From Acidobacteriota bacterium (GTDB taxonomy: Bacteria > Acidobacteriota > UBA6911 > RPQK01 > JAJDTT01), in the NCBI GenBank assembly GCA_965217775.1, contig CBDCJH010000002.1, forward strand, positions 2,752,001-2,816,000: DNA of 64,000 bases, read 5' to 3'. The stretch's first letter is position 1. Each line of letters opens with the position of its first letter. The notes under the pieces were generated by a model that saw only the letters and a list, made by a program, of their open reading frames with translations, searched no databases and had not been told where the DNA came from. The translations under genes and the position numbers were made by a program. Below are positions 28,105-37,849 of this stretch, in pieces.

Positions 28105-28224
28105 CAGATGTCTCCAGATGTTGAACAAGGGATCCTGTGCAAAAAGAATAACTCAGACGCCATGGAATAAGGAGGCCGACGACGCCTATTGCATGGCATT
28201 CTCATCCACCTTCTTGATCATCTT

Positions 28225-29223
28225 TCACCCGCTCACTCGGACGGCGCGGCCGGTCCTGGCTGATTCTTCCGCGGCGTCGGCAAGCAGCAATGCGCGCCTC
28301 CCGTCGTCGAAGCCGGGCATCGGCGGGACGCCTTCCTCCACGGCATCGACGAAGGCGTCGATCTCGCGCACGTACGATTCCTGGTACCGCTCGATGAAGA
28401 AAGGGTGCAGGCGGTCGCGGGCAGCGGTCCCGTCGGCCGTGTAGCGTTCGACGTTGGTCCGAGTCGGATTCGCGGAAATGAGCATCCCGCGTTCTCCGAA
28501 CAGCTCGATTCGCTGGTCGTAGCCAAAGGCACACCGTCGAGAGCAGTTGATGTGGCACAGAGCGCCGGAGGCCATCCGCAACAGAGCCATGGCGCTGTCC
28601 ACGTCGCCGGCTTCGCCGATGCGCGGGTCCACCAGCACGCCGGACATGGCCGTGACCTCCACCGGCTCTTCGTCGAACAGGACATGAGCCATGTCGAAGT
28701 CGTGGATCATCAGGTCCCGGAACAGTCCCCCGGAATGCGGAATGTAGTCGAGGCGTGGTGGGAACGGATCGCGGCTGCTGATCACGGCCTGCTCAAGCCT
28801 TCCGATCTCGCCGTCGCGAGCCGCCCGGCGCAGCGCATCATGGCTCGGATCGAAGCGCCGGTTGAATCCGATCTGGAACGGGACGCCCGTCGCCGCGAGA
28901 ACGGCCCCGCATGCGTCCACGCGTGACATACTGAGGTCGATCGGCTTTTCGCAGAGCACGGCCTTGCCTGCCCGAGCCGCTCGCTCAATCAGCTCGCAGT
29001 GGGTGCTGGTGGAGGAGGCGATCATGACCGCATCCAGAGCATCGACTCCGAGCAGGTCTTCGACGGAGTCAACGGACGCGGACCCGGTCTCAGTTGCTGC
29101 GGCGGCGCTGGCGCCGGTATCAACGTCGTAGATTCCCACCAGTTCCACCCGGTCGTGGGCCGCCAGGTTCCTCGCGTGCATCCGGCCGATCCGGCCGGCT
29201 CCGAACAGTCCGATTCTGAGCAT
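28225..29223 (-). CDS. iolG: Inositol 2-dehydrogenase-like oxidoreductase
   Basis: GAGRIG, CEKP, GFNRRFDP and DLMIHDFD motifs. Confidence 0.88.
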   Translation of the reverse strand: MLRIGLFGAGRIGRMHARNLAAHDRVELVGIYDVDTGASAAAATETGSASVDSVEDLLGVDALDAVMIASSTSTHCELIERAARAGKAVLCEKPIDLSMSRVDACGAVLAATGVPFQIGFNRRFDPSHDALRRAARDGEIGRLEQAVISSRDPFPPRLDYIPHSGGLFRDLMIHDFDMAHVLFDEEPVEVTAMSGVLVDPRIGEAGDVDSAMALLRMASGALCHINCSRRCAFGYDQRIELFGERGMLISANPTRTNVERYTADGTAARDRLHPFFIERYQESYVREIDAFVDAVEEGVPPMPGFDDGRRALLLADAAEESARTGRAVRVSG

Positions 29224-29456
29224 GGAATTCCCCTTGGTTCGGTGACGACGGGGTAGGCGCTGAAGTTGACGCCCCGCCCAACTGGGCACTCTGAGTATAC
29301 AATTGGGTCGTTGCCAGAGTCGTCTCCTGATTCTCGTGAGGGGTAGCGATGGATCGTTCGCGGATGTCTCGTAGTTTTCCAGTTCCGCATCTGTGGTCAA
29401 GTCCGGGCCTTGATACGCGTCGAATTGTGGGATCTCGGCGGTGTGGGTTTGCCTAG

Positions 29457-29565
29457 GAGGCTGTCCGAGAATGCGATTTGTCCCCAAATCGATATTCTTA
29501 AGTTGTTGATTTATAAGGAGTTAGGTTTTTAACAATCGTGATTTTTCGAGTTCTCGGACAGCCTC
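29457..29565. mobile_element. MITE (109 bp) with a CTAG target duplication
   Basis: Perfect terminal IR GAGGCTGTCCGAGAA; CTAG on both sides; a related end at 30480-30498. Confidence 0.9.
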
Positions 29566-29569
29566 CTAG

Positions 29570-29885
29570 TGAACCACATCCACCTTTGGTCACAAGCGTT
29601 CTTGCTCCCGCAGGCGGCCGATGATCCGGACCAGGTCTCGGGCACGAGGATTGCCTTTGGGATCCAACATACGCCTCAGACTCCTGGGCGACTTCCCGGT
29701 CCGCCTACCAAGTGCCTGAAACCGTATCGTGCTGTTGACATAGTCGCGCAACATCGCCTTGCAGGTATCCACGTCTCCCCAATGGAGGCACTCGAGTCCC
29801 CTCCTTGACCAGTTCCTCGCGGAACGCAGGATCGCTCTCGATGCGCACGTGGATCGTCGCGCTGAAGTTCTGAGTCAGGGTCATG
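29570..29885 (-). pseudogene. Frameshifted paralogue of antitoxin 10925-11242
   Basis: MTLTQNF...IESDPAFREEL and LRDYVNSTIRFQALG...KGNPRARDL in different frames. Confidence 0.8.
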
Positions 29886-30108
29886 ATGTTCAAGTCTCCA
29901 TTCGCTCCCCCATCGTACCGCGTCAGCCTCATTAGAAGCCTGGAACGTCAAAGACATGACGAAACCCTCGAATTGGCAGTCCGTCGCCGGGACACGGCGG
30001 GTCTGGCAGTGTTCTGATATCGTGTTGGGCAAGAGTGGATTCGACGACGCGAACTCCAAAATAGCTGAGGTCCCGTAATTCAACGGTTTATGTGAAAGAC
30101 TCGTAACG

Positions 30109-30342
30109 ATGAGAAAGATCAAGGCGAAGTATTCGAAGGGTGTGTTCGTTCCTCACGAGAGGCTCGATCTCAAAGAGGGCGTGGAAGTCGTCGAGTCAGT
30201 CGGAGAGTTTGCATCCCCGGACAGCGCTGTCGAGTGGCTCAGGGCGTCAGCCGGCGGGTGGATCGGAATGCACGATCCGACGCAGTTCAAGCGGATGATC
30301 TACGAAGCTCGGATAGCCGGTTCCAGGCAAGTTCGGGAGTAG
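30109..30342 (+). CDS. DUF104/AF2212-like antitoxin (orphan)
   Basis: IKAKYSKGVFVPHERLDLKEGVEV. Confidence 0.75.
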   Translation: MRKIKAKYSKGVFVPHERLDLKEGVEVVESVGEFASPDSAVEWLRASAGGWIGMHDPTQFKRMIYEARIAGSRQVRE

Positions 30343-30599
30343 TAGATCATTGCAGTATTTGTCGGAATTAGAGCAATCCATCGGTTCCCTCGGCTTCGGA
30401 GGCCAGGATTCGAGGGTCTTCGGAGCCTTGGGCCATTGCCCCTGAGCACGGTTATGGGTGAAGGTCGCTCAATGCCGAATTCTCGGACAGGCTCCTAGGC
30501 TCTACTAGAGAGGTAGCTTTCACCTTCGACGTCCTCCCTTCCCGAAGCCAGATGGTGTATTCCTTTTCCTTTGGTGAGGCCACAATAATCCCCCTTGCT

Positions 30600-31025
30600 T
30601 TACAGAGGCCGTCGACCAGGCACTATTCCGGCAAGGCCGTACGGGCGTGGGGCAGGGACAGTCGACGGCTTCCGCCGATTGCAAATGGGATCGAGTAGAG
30701 AGATCAGAAATCTCTCGTGCTTCAAACGCTCCACCTTGTCACTCTCTATCATGTACTGAACCCCTGTCGCCCCATGCTTCCAGATGTCGTGCCACTTGTT
30801 GTTTACGTGCTCGGACATCCGCCGATAGACATCCTTTGACTCGCCCACGTAAATCACCTTGCCGTGCTGGTCCAGAATCGTGTAGACCCCTGGGGTCGGC
30901 AGGTATTTCCGGGGCGTGAAAAGGGACTCTGGCCTATTTATCACGTCTACGAGGGACATGAGTCCTTGTGACCGGCGTTGCTGTTTATTGTACTCATCTG
31001 CCATCCACTGAATCGAGAATTCCAT
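30600..31025 (-). CDS. Stand-alone GIY-YIG nuclease
   Basis: PGVYTI...VIYVGES...RMSEH...E...PICN; AGGAGG RBS. Confidence 0.9.
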   Translation of the reverse strand: MEFSIQWMADEYNKQQRRSQGLMSLVDVINRPESLFTPRKYLPTPGVYTILDQHGKVIYVGESKDVYRRMSEHVNNKWHDIWKHGATGVQYMIESDKVERLKHERFLISLLDPICNRRKPSTVPAPRPYGLAGIVPGRRPL

Positions 31026-31265
31026 CGTCTCCTCCTATTCACATGGACTTATAGCACCTTACCCTGACAGAGTTTGCGGTGACAGGAGTATCATTTAGAG
31101 TGTGGTGAGGCGTGGAATGTGGCCGATAGGCTGCCCGTCCTGGCGGAATTGGCAGACTCTAAGCTTTAGGCGGGTCCTGGCTGGTTGCGACCATATCCTC
31201 CTTACCATACCACAGTTGAAGTCTGACTCAGAGGGTGTCAAGTAGGCTTTATACTTCCCTAAGAT

Positions 31266-33410
31266 TTAGAAGGGTAAATCATGCCTTGAATCCTCTCCAT
31301 CTGGGTCGTCAATTGGGGCATCGGTACTTTCAGTTCCCTCATCTGCCGTGTCCACACTCCTATTTCGCGCTATCCCTTGCCAATCATTTCCAATAGCATT
31401 CCAATTAATGCGTCGCATTTCTTCTCCCGTCCAAACGTTCCAAAAGTCAGGATCATCGGAGCGAGGCTGTTGCTCTTTGGGCAGGTCGTTCATCTTTAGA
31501 AGAACCGGTAGCTCTGATGCCCAACCAAGCAGGATTGCACTCTGCGAGGGTAGTGAAGGCAACTCGCGAAGAAGACCTCTGAGGTTATCGGGGACAAGCC
31601 TGCTGACAAGTTCCTGGTCACGGTCGTTGCTAATTCGGTGTAGAAGAAATGTATTGCATTGAGACAGAACTGCCGGAGAAAGCTCAGACGGTCTTTGAGA
31701 AGACAAGACCAAGCCAAGTCCGAACTTCCGCCCTTCGCGGGCGATTCGTTCGAAGACTTGGCAACAGACAGTTGCAGCGTCCTGGTTCTCAAGGTCTTCC
31801 CGGTAGCGTTTGATGAATGTATGCGCCTCTTCCATCACCAAGACAGTCGGGAGTGAGACGCCGTTAAGCTTAACGTAGCGCTGGAGTGTTTCAAAAACCA
31901 TGCGGGCGATCACTGCTGTGACGACATGGACAACCTCTGCCGGTACTAAGGAAAGGTCGATGACGGACACGCAACTATCTTTAGCGTCATCGCTTCCGAT
32001 GTAGTCCTGCAACCACTGCTCCAGGGTCATATCGGCAATGCCACCCAGAATTGGCTTCATTCGAGTATCAGTCAAGAGAGCACGAATTCGTATGATTAGC
32101 GTCTCTACATACTCAGACACATTGAGCATTTCCGCCGTTGCCTCAACATTACGAAGCATCGACGCTCCATCAAAAGGAAGAGGAGCATCGATGTCCGGCG
32201 GGATAACGTCAGATGCCGCAGCGCCAAAAGCAGTATGAGCGTCACTGGCTCTATGGAGGAGGTCCTGAACTTCCTGGCGAGTGAAATCGTAGTGTGGATA
32301 CTGACCTCGACGTGATTGGCAAAGTCCCTCAATCGTGTCGATGAAATCTTGTAGCTTGTCTCTTCGGTTTCCCTCAAAATCCCCCAAATCATGCTCCAGA
32401 CCTGTCTTCCATTTCTCAAGTTTTTCGTAGAATGACTTGGGCCTCGGAAACGCTCCCCACGGACTCCCTCTATTCTGCTCAATTATGATGGTAGATACGA
32501 CCGTGCGGAGAAATCGACGCATGCCGTGACTAGTGTCGTTCGTTGGGCACGTCTGGCCATCACGAGCAAATCGAAGAGCTTGTAGCAGCGTTGGTCGCTG
32601 AGTTCTTGTGCTAGCCTGGGTGAACGAGCACCACTCCGCACTGTTCCAGAACCAAAGAGGCACCTTAAGCTGGACCTCACCTTCATCGGGTTCGACCTTG
32701 AATATCCTCGCACTCACCGTGCCGTCATCGTCGAAGGCCCGTGAATATTCGCCATTTGGATCAAGGATGATAAACCGGGCATTAGGACGGTCACCACGCT
32801 CCTGTTCGGATTGTTCAAGGCTCCAACGGACCAACCCGGCGACGGAGCAGGACTTCCCGCTACCGGTGTTGCCAAGTACCGCAAGATGCCGTCCGAACAA
32901 TCTGTCTGGGTCAATGCAGACTTCCGCATCGCCAGCCAGAGGACTCGACCCAATTGTGACACGGCGATGCTCGCCCGATTCGACGATGGATCGGAGTTGA
33001 TGCTCCGTCGGCAACATGACCGCCGCGCCGACTGAGGGCAAGATATCCGCACCACGCTGGAATACATTCGGCCCGTCCACTGATTGTCTTCGGAGCATTC
33101 CCAAGGGGTTAAGGCGAAGCCTCCGAAGTGGATATGGAAGATCCACAAGCCCGAAGTCCTGCATTCCCCGTCGCTTCGGAAACGGCGAATGTTCCACAGT
33201 GATCCATTCGACTTGGCCGACCAAGAAGCCCTCGTCAACAGGAATCAAAAGGTAACTATTGACTCTTGGAAATGGTCGAGGCGCTCCTGTATTGAGGGCA
33301 ATGGACTCAGGCGCCTCAATATCAAGGACTACCTTGATGTCATTTGGAGATACGAAATCGACCGTACCTATCCTTAAACTGCCAGCCTGCTCGAATGGAG
33401 GTTGACTCAT
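31266..33410 (-). CDS. herA: HerA-family ATPase of a Sir2-HerA antiphage system
   Basis: HAS-barrel-like N-terminus; GNTGSGKS, LVMEEAH, EGRKFG and SQRPSEL motifs. Confidence 0.92.
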   Translation of the reverse strand: MSQPPFEQAGSLRIGTVDFVSPNDIKVVLDIEAPESIALNTGAPRPFPRVNSYLLIPVDEGFLVGQVEWITVEHSPFPKRRGMQDFGLVDLPYPLRRLRLNPLGMLRRQSVDGPNVFQRGADILPSVGAAVMLPTEHQLRSIVESGEHRRVTIGSSPLAGDAEVCIDPDRLFGRHLAVLGNTGSGKSCSVAGLVRWSLEQSEQERGDRPNARFIILDPNGEYSRAFDDDGTVSARIFKVEPDEGEVQLKVPLWFWNSAEWCSFTQASTRTQRPTLLQALRFARDGQTCPTNDTSHGMRRFLRTVVSTIIIEQNRGSPWGAFPRPKSFYEKLEKWKTGLEHDLGDFEGNRRDKLQDFIDTIEGLCQSRRGQYPHYDFTRQEVQDLLHRASDAHTAFGAAASDVIPPDIDAPLPFDGASMLRNVEATAEMLNVSEYVETLIIRIRALLTDTRMKPILGGIADMTLEQWLQDYIGSDDAKDSCVSVIDLSLVPAEVVHVVTAVIARMVFETLQRYVKLNGVSLPTVLVMEEAHTFIKRYREDLENQDAATVCCQVFERIAREGRKFGLGLVLSSQRPSELSPAVLSQCNTFLLHRISNDRDQELVSRLVPDNLRGLLRELPSLPSQSAILLGWASELPVLLKMNDLPKEQQPRSDDPDFWNVWTGEEMRRINWNAIGNDWQGIARNRSVDTADEGTESTDAPIDDPDGEDSRHDLPF

Positions 33411-34822
33411 GATACTGAGGCTTCCTCGTTGGCTTTGGCCTCTCCATCCGTATCGCTCTCACCCCGGACTGTGCTCCATCGAGCCTTCAGTAGCTTGGCC
33501 ATTCGAAAGGTAGTGTGGTCAATAGCCGACTTTGGCAGATATCGGTCGACGAGAGTACGGAGGTCGCCGAGGTGGTCGCCAACTAACAGAGTGACTTGGG
33601 CGGGCCTCCCCAACTTCTCGTACATGTGCATGACTCTGCCAAGGGGGTCATCGTACGCGATGATCACAAGGTGTGCTGATGGAATCGTCAGCATGTCTTC
33701 AATCACTCGATTAATATGCTCATCGCCAAAACTATAGCCATAACAGATCAGTGTACTGTTCGGTCGACAAATCGTTGTGGCCAAATCCCGGAACAGCTCA
33801 ACATACGGATAATACGCGGTTTCGCGGTCCTTAGCCGCGTTCGGGTAGATCATGAGTTGCCGTGCATCTATGTTCATAAGCCCTGATGCAGCCAGAAACG
33901 GTGTTATATCCTGTGCCCCAAACGGAAGCCCAATGCGACGAATCGCTCCATCGTGATCAACCCAATCCACAGAGCCATGTAGTTTCGTAAATCGGGCAAC
34001 ACCTTCTAGGTATCGAGGCTCGCCACGAATGCCGGGTGGGTTGTAATGTAGGTCAATATCGAGCCTTGATGCGCGGAATACAGGAGCCAACGTACCGACA
34101 AATCGATCGATCGTGCGTAGTCCAGCCACATCGGAACCTGCTTCGATGTAGCGGTCGTAATTTGTCGTGTAGAGGTTAAGACGTTCGCGAGTGCCCGAGC
34201 GACTGGCAAAACTCATCAAAAAGTTGACTAAATAATTGAAAGCTTCCTCGCGCTTCTTAGAAGTTGATGCAGCAAGTTGGCGTTCCCCTTTCAGAATTGA
34301 AGCTGCGAATGATCTGAGCGCATCTGCCAAAGCATCGCGAAGGGCTGAGACTTGCTCATCCTCAGGGGCTTTATCCGACTTTTTGATACAAAGAATCTCC
34401 AGACCACGGAGCAATTCGCTAGCTACACGAATCTGGTCCTCAAAATTTCCCTTCTTTCGTCGCGCGGATTTAGCAACTCGTTTTACTTCGACCGAAATTT
34501 CATCGTCGAAAACGCCAAACGTGATTGAGCCCATTCCCGGTAATGGTTTGCCCGTCGCTATTCCATGGACAGAGTGCGTAAGGCCTGAACCGATCAACAA
34601 GGACAAATGTTCGGATTGAACGAGTGCAGTCAGCCAGGGCTCGATCCTCTTTCGGAGCATTTCCGACCCGAAAATTTCGTTACCCTTCATCCAAGAACAT
34701 TCTACATCGGCTGACAACACGAAAGGCTTGCCAGGATCCGAACCCCTCGTATCGCGCTCTAAGAAAATTGGAGAGTGATCGTCTCGAGTTTTGATGATCT
34801 GATGGCCTTGTTCCATAGTCAT
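33407..34822 (-). CDS. SIR2-family NADase
   Basis: LLIGSG, TTNYD, KLHGS and GYSFGDEHIN motifs; ATGA overlap with herA. Confidence 0.92.
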   Translation of the reverse strand: MTMEQGHQIIKTRDDHSPIFLERDTRGSDPGKPFVLSADVECSWMKGNEIFGSEMLRKRIEPWLTALVQSEHLSLLIGSGLTHSVHGIATGKPLPGMGSITFGVFDDEISVEVKRVAKSARRKKGNFEDQIRVASELLRGLEILCIKKSDKAPEDEQVSALRDALADALRSFAASILKGERQLAASTSKKREEAFNYLVNFLMSFASRSGTRERLNLYTTNYDRYIEAGSDVAGLRTIDRFVGTLAPVFRASRLDIDLHYNPPGIRGEPRYLEGVARFTKLHGSVDWVDHDGAIRRIGLPFGAQDITPFLAASGLMNIDARQLMIYPNAAKDRETAYYPYVELFRDLATTICRPNSTLICYGYSFGDEHINRVIEDMLTIPSAHLVIIAYDDPLGRVMHMYEKLGRPAQVTLLVGDHLGDLRTLVDRYLPKSAIDHTTFRMAKLLKARWSTVRGESDTDGEAKANEEASVS

Positions 34823-34905
34823 GTGATGCCTCCGCCGGCTATGTCCGCCAGCAGCCTTTCTGTCTCCTGCTCCAGCGCCACAATGTCTGCTCGAATTTCC
34901 TCTAG
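34819..34905 (-). pseudogene. hsdM: Type I RM hsdM 3' tail
   Basis: LEEIRADIVALEQETERLLADI; stop overlaps the SIR2 ATG; cut by IS1380. Confidence 0.8.
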
Positions 34906-35475
34906 CCCGAATTTCTCACCAGAAAGATGGATAAAGGCCGCGTTTTCTTCTATAAGTGATGTTTGAGTAATAACTTACAGAGCAGAGGGAATGCAGCCTT
35001 ATGAACACAGAGGGTACCACAACAAAGCTGCTTTTTCAGTGTCTGGACGGACGGGACATCGTGGGCCGGTTCGACGGTGGCAAGATCACCTCCGACGCTG
35101 GCGGCGTCCTCTTGCGAGAGGTGGAGCACCGGACCCGGATCCTGGGTCGTCTGAGCGAGTGCTTCTCCGACCATCGGGATCCCGATCGGATCGAGGATTC
35201 GGTCGAGGCGCTGGTCAAGCAGTGCGTATACGGACTGTGTCTGGGCTACGAGGATCTCAACGACCACGACGAGCTGTGCCGGGACCGGCTGCTGGCCCTG
35301 CTGTGTGACCGGGACGATCTGACGGGGGAGTTCCGGCGCCGGGAGTCGGGTCGAGGGAAGCCGCTGGCCGGCAAGAGCACGCTGCACCGGCTGGAGCGTA
35401 CTTCGACGAAGGATCCGAAGAGACGGTACCGGAAGATCGTGGAGGATCCGGCCCCGATAGACGCGCTGCTGCGCT
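34906..35475 (+). mobile_element. IS1380-family 5' fragment
   Basis: FDGGKITSDAGGVLL, GYEDLNDHD; left end matches 59070-58976. Confidence 0.9.
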
Positions 35476-36335
35476 CGGCGGGTCGGGGGGGCGCTGCCCG
35501 GATGCAAAGAGACATATAACACTCTTAAATCCCTGGGAAGAGAAGCCGAGGCTCCCTCGTTACGCGATATCCCGTTGTGGATAATCAGAGATTTCCCACA
35601 AACTGAGCCCTGTTGCTAACGCCTCCATCAGGAGTCCCCCACGGAAGAAAAAACGCTCTGTCAATGGCCGCAACCCTGACATTCTCGACGGTCATTGACT
35701 TTGGGCAGGCGGACGCCTCGCTCCCCACCGACAGAAGGGATATTACAATCAAGACCAACATCAACCACACTTATAAACCGTCCACGAAATCGGGACACCT
35801 TCAAGCTACCCCCATGCGGCGTTGTTGAGGACGGTTCTGGCGCAAGTGCAAGCCCTCCCGCTTCGCTGTTAGCGAGAACAAGCCCTTTGGAAGACGCCCG
35901 GTTGGGAGTCCGCGGGACGGACTCTGCCCTGGAGTCGGCTCTTGGGGGAGAAACGTGGCTCATGGGTACTGGTGGGAGGTCAAATGCCCCTGGACATCAC
36001 CCGATTTCGGCTTTCGTCAGCGCATTCGAGTCGGCAGGACGGCTCTCGAATTCATATGAATAAGAAAACCACTGAAATGCTGTTACACCGACCGATTATC
36101 GTGTCGGTGATGAGAGATGGGGGTTAGTACCGATTTCCGACGTCTTGGTCGATCTGTCCGGCCCGGCCCAGTTTGGTTCTTGCTCTTGGGGTGTGGGAGA
36201 ATAGATTGGAAGGAAGCACGGGCGGAGAGCAAATCTCGATCGGGACGGCGAGTGTACCGTTAGTAGGGTTGGTCCTCACGAGTTTACGCCGGACTGAGCC
36301 GCAGCAGGCCAGAAAGGTCGGCCGAAGGAGACTGA

Positions 36336-37421
36336 ATGCAGAAGATCAAGTTATGGTCAGTGGAGTCGTGGGACAACACACTTAAGGCCACTGCTGTTGC
36401 GGACATCGATACCACAAAAACAGAACAACAACTAGAGGATCTACTGGTCAACTCGCCCGACCTCCTAATGGACAATCTCACTCTCGTTGGGCGTCAATTG
36501 CCAACCGAGGGCGGCTCACTAGATCTTCTGGGCGTAGACGCCGACGGGCGTCTGGTTGTGTTTGAGTTGAAGCGCGGAACGCTCACGCGTGATGCAGTCG
36601 CCCAAGCGCTCGATTACGCTTCTCATCTTGCCGTGCTTAGAGAGGACAAGTTTGCGCGATTAATCGATGAGTATTCTGGACAGAATGGCATTGAGGCGCG
36701 AGAAGACTTCGCGGATTGGTATCAGCAAGAATTTCCAAACGAGACTGGTTTTCTGATCAATCCGCCGAAGATCGTGCTTGTCGGCTTGGGAGCGGATGAA
36801 CGCGCTCATCGCATCGTGGACTTCCTGGCCCAAAGGGGGGTCGAAATCCAGCTTCTAACGTTCCATGGTTTCACGCACGAAGGGAAGCTTCTCTTAGCAC
36901 GCCAGACTGATAGTATTGCGCCCACCCCCACTAAAAACCGCTCGACGAAAGAGAGCAATCAGGCGATTCTACACGAAGCGGCCGAGCGTCTCGAGGTCAA
37001 AGCATTTCTTGAGGAGACGGCAAACTTCATAGAGGCTCGAATGCCCAGCTACCGGTGGCCCGGTAAGACATCCTACTCCTTTAGCCTACAGGAGAAGACG
37101 AGTGAGGGAAGGCCCACACTACGTTCTTACGCCACCCTCTACCTCGACACACAACAGCCCGGCTCCCTGCTCCTCACTCTGAGCCCGAGGGCGGAAAAAG
37201 TTGCCGGCGATGCTGTAAACCAGTTCTGCGCAGAAGTTCCAGCGGCTGTCAGGAACCAGAAAAGCTACAGCGCCTTAGATGTCGGTATGTCCAGAAACGG
37301 ATGGACTACGATGTCGGCGGCTCTTGAGCATTTGCTTTCAGCGATAGTCGATGGTTGGAAGCGAAGTGCGAACGACGACGAGAAGAATTCATCCCCTGAT
37401 CAGGACGTTACGACAGACTAA
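36336..37421 (+). CDS. NucS/EndoMS-like PD-(D/E)xK nuclease domain protein
   Basis: EQQLEDLL, LDLLGVD...VVFELKRG and QALDY motifs. Confidence 0.8.
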   Translation: MQKIKLWSVESWDNTLKATAVADIDTTKTEQQLEDLLVNSPDLLMDNLTLVGRQLPTEGGSLDLLGVDADGRLVVFELKRGTLTRDAVAQALDYASHLAVLREDKFARLIDEYSGQNGIEAREDFADWYQQEFPNETGFLINPPKIVLVGLGADERAHRIVDFLAQRGVEIQLLTFHGFTHEGKLLLARQTDSIAPTPTKNRSTKESNQAILHEAAERLEVKAFLEETANFIEARMPSYRWPGKTSYSFSLQEKTSEGRPTLRSYATLYLDTQQPGSLLLTLSPRAEKVAGDAVNQFCAEVPAAVRNQKSYSALDVGMSRNGWTTMSAALEHLLSAIVDGWKRSANDDEKNSSPDQDVTTD

Positions 37422-37849
37422 CGCATCTCGAGCTCGCCCATGGCACACTTGACCTTGCCAGTCCGGACGCCACCAAGAGTCACAAACTTGCTGCCCTGGT
37501 CACCCGCCACGCCGTCCTCCCGAACCCTCTTTAATCGGTCTGGAGCGTGGGGCTCCGCCCTTACTGACGGGAGCGCGGACCTCTCTTTCTAGAGATTTAA
37601 GAGTAGTATGCTTCTCTTCGCATCCAGGGGGTCTCAGGTATAGGCAGCGCCCCCATGAGCAGCACAAGTGGCGACAGAATGTGCTGTGCGCTGGGGGGAG
37701 CTAAGTAATGGACTGGATACGCGGGCGGTGGAGTTTCCCGACAGCCCGATACCAGAAAGACCAACCTTTCTCAGAGAATATCCGTTAACTTCAGTTAACG
37801 AGCGTCGACCAAAAAACACCAAGACTTCTTACAAGCAATTAAGAGTAAG

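Noticed and set aside
29224-29487. N-terminal extension of the iolG-like ORF to 420 aa
   Set aside because: The paralogue at 9169-10167 fixes the start at 29223, and the extension runs into the MITE.
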